Source of the DNA: Candidatus Nitrosopelagicus brevis
GTDB taxonomy: Archaea; Thermoproteota; Nitrososphaeria; Nitrososphaerales; Nitrosopumilaceae
Direction of reading: 5' to 3'
NCBI RefSeq assembly: GCF_000812185.1
Contig: NZ_CP007026.1
Location: 779,107 to 811,106 of the forward strand
Length of the DNA stretch: 32,000 nt
How positions within the stretch are numbered: the stretch's first letter is position 1; each line of letters begins with the position of its first letter. The position numbers and the translations under genes are program-made. Shown in pieces: positions 16,945 through 25,541 of this stretch. The notes below the pieces were generated by a model. That model did not search any database, was not told the DNA's origin, and worked only from the letters and a program-made list of their open reading frames with translations.

Positions 16945-17577
16945 TTGAAAACATCAGTAATAATTCCCGTTAAGACATTTCAAAAATCTAAAACAAGATT
17001 ACATTTATCTGAAGAAAAAACAAATTCACTATGCAGGTTACTATTAGAAGAAGTAATCAAAACCATCCATGATTCAAAGTTAATTGATAAAACAATTGTC
17101 GTTACAAATGAGGAACAAGTTACAGATATTATAGAAAAATATGATTGCCAAAAAATTCAGGATGAACATGAAACAAGTGTAAATGATGCTGTCAAACTAG
17201 CAGAAAAATATTTGATAGATAATGAATTTACACATTCCATTGTATTGCCTTTAGATGTCCCATTTTTTGATTCTGAAGATCTTGAAAAATTGTTAAAATT
17301 TTCAGTAGACAATTCAGTGATAGTAGTACCATCAAGACATTTTGATGGAACTAATGCGTTACTTAGAAGCCCCATCAATTCCATGACACCCAGATATGAT
17401 GAAGGAAGTTACAGTTTTCAGATTGAATCAGCGCAAAAAAATGATGTAAAAATTTCAATTGGTTTGATATACAGACTGATGCTAGATATCGACAATTCAG
17501 AAGATTTAGAATTTGTTATAAAACAAAATATCAAACCAGAGTTTTGTAAGAAAATTAGAGAAATTATTGAGAAATAA
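16945..17577 (+). CDS. cofC: 2-phospho-L-lactate guanylyltransferase (F420 biosynthesis)
   Basis: The N-terminus VIIPVKTFQKSKTRL is the CofC signature. The TTG start abuts the cofD TAA stop. There is no in-frame ATG for about 140 codons, so the TTG start is required. Confidence 0.8.
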   Translation: MKTSVIIPVKTFQKSKTRLHLSEEKTNSLCRLLLEEVIKTIHDSKLIDKTIVVTNEEQVTDIIEKYDCQKIQDEHETSVNDAVKLAEKYLIDNEFTHSIVLPLDVPFFDSEDLEKLLKFSVDNSVIVVPSRHFDGTNALLRSPINSMTPRYDEGSYSFQIESAQKNDVKISIGLIYRLMLDIDNSEDLEFVIKQNIKPEFCKKIREIIEK

Positions 17578-18570
17578 TTACTCTGAAACTATCGCAGAAT
17601 TGAGAGAGTTTTTGTATTGAAGAAACAACATTGCAAGAGAAACAATTCCAGATACAATTAGAATTACTTCAAATGTGCCAATCATGGAATGATTAGATGC
17701 ATTTTGTACAGAAATTCCATTAAGTTCAGATATCAAAAATAGATAAGAATAGATGAAATAGTTTGTTGCCCAGTGTAAAATTATTGCTGCAGCCAAGCCA
17801 TATCTGAAATAAACCCAACCAAGAATTATTCCGCCAACAGATGCTTGTAAAATTTTGCCAGTTGTCCACGGTTCACCAGAGATAACATGTGCCACACCAA
17901 AGAAAATTCCAACAATGACAATTAGTCCAATGGCTTTTTTGCTATCGTAGACATGTAAGTTTGAATATGGACTCCACAGTGATTTTATGAAAAACTTTAT
18001 CGAAGATTTGTGTGAATAAATTAAGAATAGTGGAATTCCAATTAGAATTAAGCGAAAACCAATTTCTTCAGTAATAGGAGCCAATGATATTTGTAAGAAT
18101 AAAATAAGATCATTTGCAGTATCAGGAGGTTCAGTTACAATTCCAAAGCTTTCTTGAATTATTGTGATTACTGCAGAAACTAAGACAAGTATTGAAAACC
18201 ATTTGATAATGTTAAGCATGTAATTATCAGAAAAGGAAGTTTTTTCATTTGACAAAATGTTTCCAATTATTTTCATAAAATTCTTTTTAGGACCTAGAAA
18301 TGAGATTACAAATAAAATTACAAAAATAGACCAAAAAATTATGAACAGATCACCTATCTGATACTCTAACGGAATCTGAAGATTTACACCTGCAATAAAA
18401 ATATCAAATTTTTCTAATGGGTAAGTGTAATCAATGTCATCTCCAATATCAGAATTAAAAATTGCATAAGCGCCCAATGGAAATGATACAATCATCAAAC
18501 CAAAAATTACAGACATTAAAGCAGAAAAAGGTATTCCAAAACCATGTAAAATATTTGGTAAGAGAGACAC
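17578..18570 (-). CDS. CPBP-family intramembrane metalloprotease (CAAX protease-like)
   Basis: Polytopic protein with the three CPBP motifs EEIGFRLIL, FFGVAHV and ILHWATN. GTG start. Confidence 0.75.
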   Translation of the reverse strand: MSLLPNILHGFGIPFSALMSVIFGLMIVSFPLGAYAIFNSDIGDDIDYTYPLEKFDIFIAGVNLQIPLEYQIGDLFIIFWSIFVILFVISFLGPKKNFMKIIGNILSNEKTSFSDNYMLNIIKWFSILVLVSAVITIIQESFGIVTEPPDTANDLILFLQISLAPITEEIGFRLILIGIPLFLIYSHKSSIKFFIKSLWSPYSNLHVYDSKKAIGLIVIVGIFFGVAHVISGEPWTTGKILQASVGGIILGWVYFRYGLAAAIILHWATNYFIYSYLFLISELNGISVQNASNHSMIGTFEVILIVSGIVSLAMLFLQYKNSLNSAIVSE

Positions 18571-18577
18571 GATAATT

Positions 18578-18886
18578 CTAATGAAGTTCTATTTTTTCTT
18601 CAGAGAATCCTAACTTAACAAGTGCCTCTTTGATTGTGTCTCGATGATCACCTTGTAAGAAAATGTATCCTTCTTTTGCGGTTCCACCACAAGCGTATTT
18701 TCCTTTTAGCTCTTTTGCCACACTTTCCAAGTTGTTAATTTTAGGATCTAGTCCTTCAATCATTGTTCCTTTTTTCTTGAATCTTCTAGTCTCTAAACGA
18801 ATAATTATTTGAGAACTATCTTTGTCTAAATCACCACAAGCGCATAAATCATCAGGAAGACCACAAGTATTACAAATTACCGCCAT
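18578..18886 (-). CDS. Translation initiation factor aSUI1 (eIF1 homologue)
   Basis: 102 aa. N-terminal CNTCGLPDDLCAC zinc knuckle, then RRFKKKGTMIEGLD and KYACGGTAKEGYIFLQGDHRD. Confidence 0.9.
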   Translation of the reverse strand: MAVICNTCGLPDDLCACGDLDKDSSQIIIRLETRRFKKKGTMIEGLDPKINNLESVAKELKGKYACGGTAKEGYIFLQGDHRDTIKEALVKLGFSEEKIELH

Positions 18887-18971
18887 TAGTTCGAAATATT
18901 TTGAATTATCATATTATTAAGCCTTAGTAGATAAAAATACAATTTTTTTAGGTCGTATACTAAGGATAAAC

Positions 18972-19292
18972 ATGTCAGAAGAGGTTAGAAAAAAGGCAAT
19001 TGAGATGTTGTTAAGTGGAGCCACATTACTTAGCGAACCATGTCCATATTGCAAAGGAGTGAGGGTGATGAAAGACGGCGATGCATTATGTGTTAGTTGC
19101 GGAAAATCACCAGATAAAGAACTTGAGAAGAATAACGAGAAACCTCAAGACGAGTCACCTGTAAAAAAATTAGAAGAAAAATTACAAATCATGACTGATG
19201 AGTTGTCAAAGGAAAAAGATCCAGATAAGCAACAAAATATCCTAAAATCAATTAATTTACTGATTGATACGATATCCAAGTTGAAAAAGTAG
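18972..19292 (+). CDS. UPF0148 / autoantigen-p27-like zinc-ribbon protein
   Basis: LLSEPCPYCKGVRVMKDGDALCVSCG, a four-Cys ribbon, followed by a charged coiled-coil tail. Confidence 0.7.
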   Translation: MSEEVRKKAIEMLLSGATLLSEPCPYCKGVRVMKDGDALCVSCGKSPDKELEKNNEKPQDESPVKKLEEKLQIMTDELSKEKDPDKQQNILKSINLLIDTISKLKK

Positions 19293-19301
19293 TCAAAAAC
19301 T

Positions 19302-19308
19302 TTTTATG
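19302..19308 (+). promoter_or_regulatory. Candidate TATA box for the Sec61-beta gene
   Basis: tttttat is centred about 25 nt upstream of the ATG at 19330, which suggests a leaderless transcript. Confidence 0.3.
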
Positions 19309-19329
19309 CGTAATTTTTTGGTTTGAGTC

Positions 19330-19497
19330 ATGGGAGATAAGAAAACAAGTGCAGCACTTCCAGCATCCGGTGCAGGTCTTTTAAGATTTTTTGAGGATGA
19401 GACTAAAGGTGTTAAAGTAGATCCAAAAATTGTGGTCTCTGTTCCAATTAGTCTAATCATAGTATCATGGTTACTAGATATACTGTTAATTCCTTGA
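19330..19497 (+). CDS. secG: Preprotein translocase subunit Sec61-beta (archaeal SecG)
   Basis: Hand translation: MGDKKTSAALPASGAGLLRFFEDETKGVKVDPKIVVSVPISLIIVSWLLDILLIP. It has the GLxRFF motif and a C-terminal tail-anchor TM. At 55 aa it is absent from the track. Confidence 0.8.
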   Translation: MGDKKTSAALPASGAGLLRFFEDETKGVKVDPKIVVSVPISLIIVSWLLDILLIP

Positions 19498-19504
19498 TCA
19501 AAAA

Positions 19505-21247
19505 ATGCCTGAAAAAGACGACGTCAGTAAGATACATGACAAATACACATTATCACTAATCAATCCATCATCACATTACATTTCATTAGCAGCATCAATT
19601 GCAATTGCAGGATTAATTGGTGCATTTACGGCTTCAACTTATCTAGGTTCAACAGAATTAATCTTTCCAACATTAGCAGTAATTGCAGCATTAGTTGGAA
19701 CTCAATTTTTAGATATTTTATTTGCAAAACATAGAGAATATTCAAAGTCACTTCATGTTTCGTTGTTTGGAAATGGATTGTTCTTTGTTAGCACATTGAT
19801 AGGTTATGGCGCAATGGGATTATTTGAAAAAGATGGGTTGGATTTATTTTATGTAACAATGGGAATGGTAGTTTTTGCTAGTTTTAGAATTGGAATTTTT
19901 ACAACAATCTTAGGTGCAAGTTTGAAAAAAGCATGGGCAGTTGCATTTATTCAGCCAATGGCAATGTATCTTGTTTTAGTTCCATCAGACATGTGGATTA
20001 GTTCACTTACAAATCCATGGATTATATTATTTGGCGGTGCATTTTTGGGATTAGCAACAGCTTGGTCTTATCTTACTGACAAAGCAGGTCGACCTGGATT
20101 GAAAAGTACACATGAATTAATTCAAGCATATGTAACATCAATGTCAAGAAAAGATCCTGCCCCATTAGAAGAAATTATTGAAAAAAGTTCTACAGAATCC
20201 ACAGTGTCAACATCCCAATTGAAATTTCAATCAACAGACAAAGATAATGATTTTAGAATAGTTCTGCCAGATATTCATCCAGGACCATTTCATCCAATAG
20301 GAGGAAGTAACATTACAGGACTAATTTACAAAGAAATGGATTCTACTGCAATGGTCATGCATAGTATTTCAAATCATGATCTAAATTTACCTACACAAAA
20401 AGAGGTTCAAAATTATTTGCAGAGTTTGCAACAAAGTAAATCTAAGCAGAACGGTGCAGTGTGTACTGAACCTGTATCAGTAACAATGAACAAAGCACGT
20501 GCTTCAGGACTGCTCTTTGATAGAACTGCATTATTGTTTTTGTCATTATCACCTCACGGAATGGAAGATTTACCACCGAATGTTAGAAGTGAAATTGAAC
20601 AATTTGCTGAAAACAGAAATTTTGAACAGGTTTTGATAGTAGATACACACAATGCAATGGGAAAAGAAATTTCAAAAGAAGATTCAGAAGATTTGCTTCT
20701 GGCAGCAAAATCTACACTTGATACATTAAAGACAAAAGAGAGTCATTCCTTCAAGTTTGGTTTTGAAAATTCTGAAAAAATGAATTTGAATCAAAATGAT
20801 ATTGCTGAGGGAAGAATTGCAACTTTATGTTTAGAGATTAACAATAAAAACTACTTCCTAGGATGGGCAGATGCCAACAATATGGAAAATGGAGTAAGAG
20901 AACAGATTGTGACACACTTTGCAAATAACGGATATGAGTTGATTGAGATTTGTACATCAGATACACACTATACAGCAAGCGGTGCCAGAAATAGAAATGG
21001 ATATTTCCAATTAGGAATGGTGTCAAAACCAAATGATCTAGCAAACTGGTATTTAGAATTAGCAAAAAATGCAGAATCAAAAATCAAAGAGGGAACATTC
21101 GAGGTATTAGAACATCAAACAAATGTCAAAGTGATGGGACCAACAATATTTTCAGATTATTCAAAGGTAATGGATAAAACAATGAGCATCACAAAGTGGT
21201 GTTTGTTAGCAGATGCAGGTCTTTTTGCAATGTCTATTTTTCTATAG
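19505..21247 (+). CDS. Conserved archaeal membrane protein, DUF2070-like
   Basis: 580 aa. The N-terminal 200 or so residues are polytopic, a large soluble domain follows, and there is a terminal TM. The size and architecture recall DUF2070; that assignment is from memory and not verified. Confidence 0.55.
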   Translation: MPEKDDVSKIHDKYTLSLINPSSHYISLAASIAIAGLIGAFTASTYLGSTELIFPTLAVIAALVGTQFLDILFAKHREYSKSLHVSLFGNGLFFVSTLIGYGAMGLFEKDGLDLFYVTMGMVVFASFRIGIFTTILGASLKKAWAVAFIQPMAMYLVLVPSDMWISSLTNPWIILFGGAFLGLATAWSYLTDKAGRPGLKSTHELIQAYVTSMSRKDPAPLEEIIEKSSTESTVSTSQLKFQSTDKDNDFRIVLPDIHPGPFHPIGGSNITGLIYKEMDSTAMVMHSISNHDLNLPTQKEVQNYLQSLQQSKSKQNGAVCTEPVSVTMNKARASGLLFDRTALLFLSLSPHGMEDLPPNVRSEIEQFAENRNFEQVLIVDTHNAMGKEISKEDSEDLLLAAKSTLDTLKTKESHSFKFGFENSEKMNLNQNDIAEGRIATLCLEINNKNYFLGWADANNMENGVREQIVTHFANNGYELIEICTSDTHYTASGARNRNGYFQLGMVSKPNDLANWYLELAKNAESKIKEGTFEVLEHQTNVKVMGPTIFSDYSKVMDKTMSITKWCLLADAGLFAMSIFL

Positions 21248-21863
21248 ATTTTAGAGAACCAAGATTTCCTACAAATTCATCTAAAAAGGATGGCAATTTC
21301 ATGATAGGTACGATTGGTACGTTTTCAACAAGTTGAGTTCCTTCTTGATGAAGTGTAACTATTACAGGTAATGCTGTGATGTCTTCATCAGCAACATACC
21401 GTTTGACACGTTCAATCTGTTTTTTCACAATTTCATCTAATGCAGATTTGCTCATAGTTTTCCAATGTTTGCAATCTATCAATAATGCAAGATTCATTTT
21501 TTTCCCAATCACATCAATTTCCATTCTAGGTTTTGTCAAGACTAGATTTTTTGTTACGTCAAAGCCATTTTCTTCAAGAATTATTCCGGTGATTGCCTCA
21601 AAATCTCTCCAAGTAAGATATTCAGAAACATCTTCAATTGTTGCACCAAGAGTGATTGCAAATAATGCGGTTTGAAGTCTATCGTGAGGAATATCAAAAT
21701 CTACCAAATCATCATTCCATGCACCAATTCCATTTTGGACCAGCGTGTACAACAACTCTTTTGCACTAATTTCATCTAATTCCGTAACAACTGCGAAATC
21801 TGTTACGCTTATTCCACCTTCAATTATACCATTGATTCCCTTTACAGCCAATTTTGGATTCAT
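21234..21863 (-). CDS. PD-(D/E)xK (Mrr-cat-like) restriction-endonuclease-fold protein with an N-terminal helical (possibly wHTH) domain
   Basis: WRDFEAITGIILEENGFDV ... EIDVIG ... LLIDCKHW supplies the E/D ... D-x-K catalytic arrangement of the Mrr catalytic domain. Confidence 0.6.
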   Translation of the reverse strand: MNPKLAVKGINGIIEGGISVTDFAVVTELDEISAKELLYTLVQNGIGAWNDDLVDFDIPHDRLQTALFAITLGATIEDVSEYLTWRDFEAITGIILEENGFDVTKNLVLTKPRMEIDVIGKKMNLALLIDCKHWKTMSKSALDEIVKKQIERVKRYVADEDITALPVIVTLHQEGTQLVENVPIVPIMKLPSFLDEFVGNLGSLKSIEK

Positions 21864-21926
21864 GTATGATTCAGATCAATTACAATTGTATTAAAATGCT
21901 AAAATTTATCCAAGGTGATGCATTAG

Positions 21927-24395
21927 TTGAAACAGTTGAAAATTTTCAAGATAATTCTCATTATTTGTTTAATATCCATAATCCCAACAGCATTTGCTCA
22001 AAAAGGAACGTATGTGGATGAGATAAAATTTATTCAATATCTTGATGAGAATACAGCCTTAGAAGAAGTAAAAAATGGAAATCTGGATATGTACTATTAT
22101 AGAATTTCTTCAGATAGATTAGAGGATTCTGAATCAAGAGACACGTTGAAAGTGTACGAGTCAACTGGAGGGTACTATAGTATTTTATTGAATCCAACAG
22201 ATGAAGGACCCTTCAATCCGTTTTCAATTCAAGAGGTAAGATATGCAGTGAATTTTCTAGTTGATAGAAATTTGATTGTCAATGAGTTGTTAGGAGGTTA
22301 TGGAACACCAATGTTTTCAAATTATGGAAGTTTTTCTGCGGAATACTTGAGAGTCTTGGATGTTATTGAGACGTTTCAATTTAGATACAATCCATCGTTT
22401 GCTGAAAACATAATTTCAGATGAATTGAGTGCAAGAGGAGCAGAAAAAATTGATGGTATATGGAATTATGAAAGTGAACCAATTGAAATTACATTTTTTA
22501 TTAGAAGTGATGATCCGGTTAGAAAAGCAATAGGAGAAATTCTATCATCAGAGTTAGAAGAGATTGGCTTTAAAGTGAATAAAGAGTTTGGAGATTTGAA
22601 TAAGGCATACGTTGTAGTTTATGGTTCAAACCCTGCTGAACAAAAATGGAGTTTATACACAGAAGGATGGGGGAGCTCAGGTTTTACTAGATATGATTCA
22701 GTAACACTTGCTCAGATGTATTCTCCATGGTTTTCAAGCATGCCTGGAAATAATAACCCAGCAAACTGGAACTATGAAAATGAGAAATTAGATGAATTAA
22801 CTCAGAGAATTTACTCTGGAGAGTTTAATGATAAAGATGAAAGAACAAGTATTATCAAAGATGCAATGAAGGAAGGAGTAAACGAATCAGTTCGGATATT
22901 TCTTGCAAGTAAAATTGATCAATATGTTGTAAATGAAAATGTAGATGGAATAATCAATGCATTGGGAGCAGGAGTTCCAAGTAGATTTACACCAATTAAT
23001 GTTAGGACGGATTCAGGTACACTAGATGTCGGTGTAAAACAGATTTACCAAGCAGCATGGAATCCTATTGGAGGATTAGGAGATACATACAGTAATCAAA
23101 TTTGGCTTTCAATTTCTGACCCAATTTTAACAGGACATCCATTTTCAGGGGAAATGATTCCAATTAGAAGCTCATGGAAGGTAGAAACAAATGGAATTAA
23201 TTCATCGGTACAAGTTCCAAATGATGCAATAATGTGGAATCCTGATTCAAAAATGTGGGATAAAGTAGGAAATGAGATTTCTGCAAAAAGTAAGATTACT
23301 TATGATTTGAAGTTCAACCAATGGCATCATGGTCCAGAGATGAACATGAATGACATAATCTATTCAGTATACTTCCTATCAGAATGGGGTTCAGAAAGAA
23401 CAGAAGATGACAGAACATATGATGCGGATTTTTCCCCACAAGCATCTCAAATTTTGAACACATTGAAAGGAATACGTGTAATTGATGAAAATACAATTGA
23501 GGTGTATACTGATTTTTGGCATTTTGATTCAGGAGAGATTGCATCATGGGGAAGCGTTTGGAGTAGTATGCCTTGGGAAATCATGGCATCAATGGAAAAA
23601 ATTGTAATGGATGGGAAAAGTTCATTTTCACGAACAGAATCAATTACAAAAAATATCAATTGGCTTTCATTGATAATTCCAAATGATGCAAATCAGGTTA
23701 AAATGCAATTGGATACTTTTGAGAAAAATGAACATACACCTGATGCACTAATACAGTTTAATCCGCAAAATGATTTTCAAAATATTAGATACGATTCAAG
23801 TAAAAAATGGATTGATGAAAACAATCACGCGGTAATTAGTAATGGCCCATTTTATCTAGATAGATATTCCCCAGATTCAAGAACAATAGTTATCAAATCA
23901 TTTGATTATGGAAATTATGTTTTTGAGCAAGGAAAATGGAAAGACTTTGAAAATGTCAAATTTCCATCAATTAATTCAGTTGAATTTTCAGAGCCATATG
24001 TAGTAAATTCAGATGAAGAGATTCGTGTTTCGGCAGAAAATGCATCTGAAATTCACTACTTTATTGTAGATTCTAAAGGGGAAATCATTCTAAATGGAAT
24101 TAAAGAGATAGTGAATGGGGAAGCAAGTATCAATCTAGATAAAAGTTCAGATATAATTGAAGGAGTTCATACAATCAAAATTTTTGCAGCATCAGAAAAT
24201 GTATTGAAACCATATGAATATTCAAAAAGTTTCATAATTGTTTCAAACGATAAAGAAGTTCCAAAGACGGAAATGATGATTGAGATAAAAAAATCAGAAA
24301 CGAATTATTGGTATGTATTATTGATTATTCCGATTTTTAGTATAATTGCAGTTTTAGTAATTAGAAGATCAAGGCTTTCTGCCAATAACAAATAG
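21927..24395 (+). CDS. Family-5 (peptide/nickel) ABC substrate-binding protein with an extra C-terminal beta domain and TM anchor
   Basis: TTG start and signal peptide MKQLKIFKIILIICLISIIPTAFAQ. The SBP_bac_5-like block is LLNPTDEGPFNPFSIQEVRYAVNFLVDRNLIVNELLGGYG. About 150 additional residues follow, ending in the TM YWYVLLIIPIFSIIAVLVIRRSR. Confidence 0.8.
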   Translation: MKQLKIFKIILIICLISIIPTAFAQKGTYVDEIKFIQYLDENTALEEVKNGNLDMYYYRISSDRLEDSESRDTLKVYESTGGYYSILLNPTDEGPFNPFSIQEVRYAVNFLVDRNLIVNELLGGYGTPMFSNYGSFSAEYLRVLDVIETFQFRYNPSFAENIISDELSARGAEKIDGIWNYESEPIEITFFIRSDDPVRKAIGEILSSELEEIGFKVNKEFGDLNKAYVVVYGSNPAEQKWSLYTEGWGSSGFTRYDSVTLAQMYSPWFSSMPGNNNPANWNYENEKLDELTQRIYSGEFNDKDERTSIIKDAMKEGVNESVRIFLASKIDQYVVNENVDGIINALGAGVPSRFTPINVRTDSGTLDVGVKQIYQAAWNPIGGLGDTYSNQIWLSISDPILTGHPFSGEMIPIRSSWKVETNGINSSVQVPNDAIMWNPDSKMWDKVGNEISAKSKITYDLKFNQWHHGPEMNMNDIIYSVYFLSEWGSERTEDDRTYDADFSPQASQILNTLKGIRVIDENTIEVYTDFWHFDSGEIASWGSVWSSMPWEIMASMEKIVMDGKSSFSRTESITKNINWLSLIIPNDANQVKMQLDTFEKNEHTPDALIQFNPQNDFQNIRYDSSKKWIDENNHAVISNGPFYLDRYSPDSRTIVIKSFDYGNYVFEQGKWKDFENVKFPSINSVEFSEPYVVNSDEEIRVSAENASEIHYFIVDSKGEIILNGIKEIVNGEASINLDKSSDIIEGVHTIKIFAASENVLKPYEYSKSFIIVSNDKEVPKTEMMIEIKKSETNYWYVLLIIPIFSIIAVLVIRRSRLSANNK

Positions 24396-24992
24396 AGTTC
24401 CAAATTCACGTTTCCATTTGGATTTATTTTTTGGATCTGTGACATGTTTTGAGCGAGTAGTAAATCCAATCTCTCTGAACATTTTTTTCCATTCTTTTTC
24501 AGAACGTAGATCCATTGGAATATTCATGTCTTTTACCCATCTAGTAGTCAGAGTATTATCACTGTAAAAATCAGTTCCACAGTAAAAAGTTCCTCCTTTT
24601 TTAAGTAGTTTGAATACCTTTTCCAATGCAGGCTCCATCGGGACAGAATAGTATAATGATTCCATAGAGAAAATTACATCAAACTTTTCTTTTGTATTCC
24701 ATGATTCAAGATCAGTAACAAAAAAACTTTCTCTAGTAGAGGAAATTTTTGATTTTGCATTTTTAATCATCATTTTACTTTTATCAATTCCAATTGCTTT
24801 TACACAAGATGGTTTTTGGGACATTTTTCTTACTACCCAGCCATTACCACAACCAATATCAAGAAATCTAAATTTTTCTTTCAAGGATAATTTGTCTAAA
24901 AATTGATTTACCGTGGTGCCATGTCCTTTTTCCATTTCTTCGGAGCGACCGGTCTTTGCCCATACATCAAATAATTTTGAGGTTTTATCCAT
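24369..24992 (-). CDS. Class I SAM-dependent methyltransferase
   Basis: Motif I is FLDIGCGNGW, the post-I acidic residue is in GIDKS, and motif II is DVIFSMESLYY. Confidence 0.8.
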   Translation of the reverse strand: MDKTSKLFDVWAKTGRSEEMEKGHGTTVNQFLDKLSLKEKFRFLDIGCGNGWVVRKMSQKPSCVKAIGIDKSKMMIKNAKSKISSTRESFFVTDLESWNTKEKFDVIFSMESLYYSVPMEPALEKVFKLLKKGGTFYCGTDFYSDNTLTTRWVKDMNIPMDLRSEKEWKKMFREIGFTTRSKHVTDPKNKSKWKREFGTLFVIGRKP

Positions 24993-25015
24993 TGAATAAC
25001 TTAATTTTTTCTTAA

Positions 25016-25510
25016 TTATATAGCATAGCCATATTCACGTATTATTTCATTTACTTGATCTTCAGATTTCACTTTTTGATAATCATGTAAGAGATTTTCA
25101 TTCAATTCCAAAAATGTATGACCCCAGTTGAATTTTTCAAGTAGTTTTTGAGATAATTCTTCCTCACCTAAGATGAAGGCAGCTCCTGCTATTGCTTCGA
25201 CGGTAGTCAACTTGTTGATTTTTGAATAATTTACGGGATTTCCGGCTAAAAGAGGCGGTAATTTTCTAGCTGCCCCAACAAAATTTTTTTGGAAAACGTC
25301 TTCGGCCAGAGCCCATGAGCAATCAATTCCTGTGATAGAGTTGAAAGATGACTTTTCATGATTGAATAGTGTTTTTTGAGCAAATGGATGTAAAAGGGCG
25401 GTTTTTGATTGAGATTTTGTAATTTTTTTTGCCAATCCAAATTTTATTAATTTGGCAGCTGTGCATTTTTTTGGGTCATCTTGATAGAACATTAAGAGAT
25501 TAATTTTCAT
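25016..25510 (-). CDS. tsr3: 16S rRNA aminocarboxypropyltransferase Tsr3
   Basis: The N-terminus FYQDDPKKCTAAKL, the GIDCSW block and the 164-aa length are typical of archaeal Tsr3 (DUF367). Confidence 0.8.
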   Translation of the reverse strand: MKINLLMFYQDDPKKCTAAKLIKFGLAKKITKSQSKTALLHPFAQKTLFNHEKSSFNSITGIDCSWALAEDVFQKNFVGAARKLPPLLAGNPVNYSKINKLTTVEAIAGAAFILGEEELSQKLLEKFNWGHTFLELNENLLHDYQKVKSEDQVNEIIREYGYAI

Positions 25511-25541
25511 ATTATGAGAATTTTAGAGAAGGTTTTGTGTT

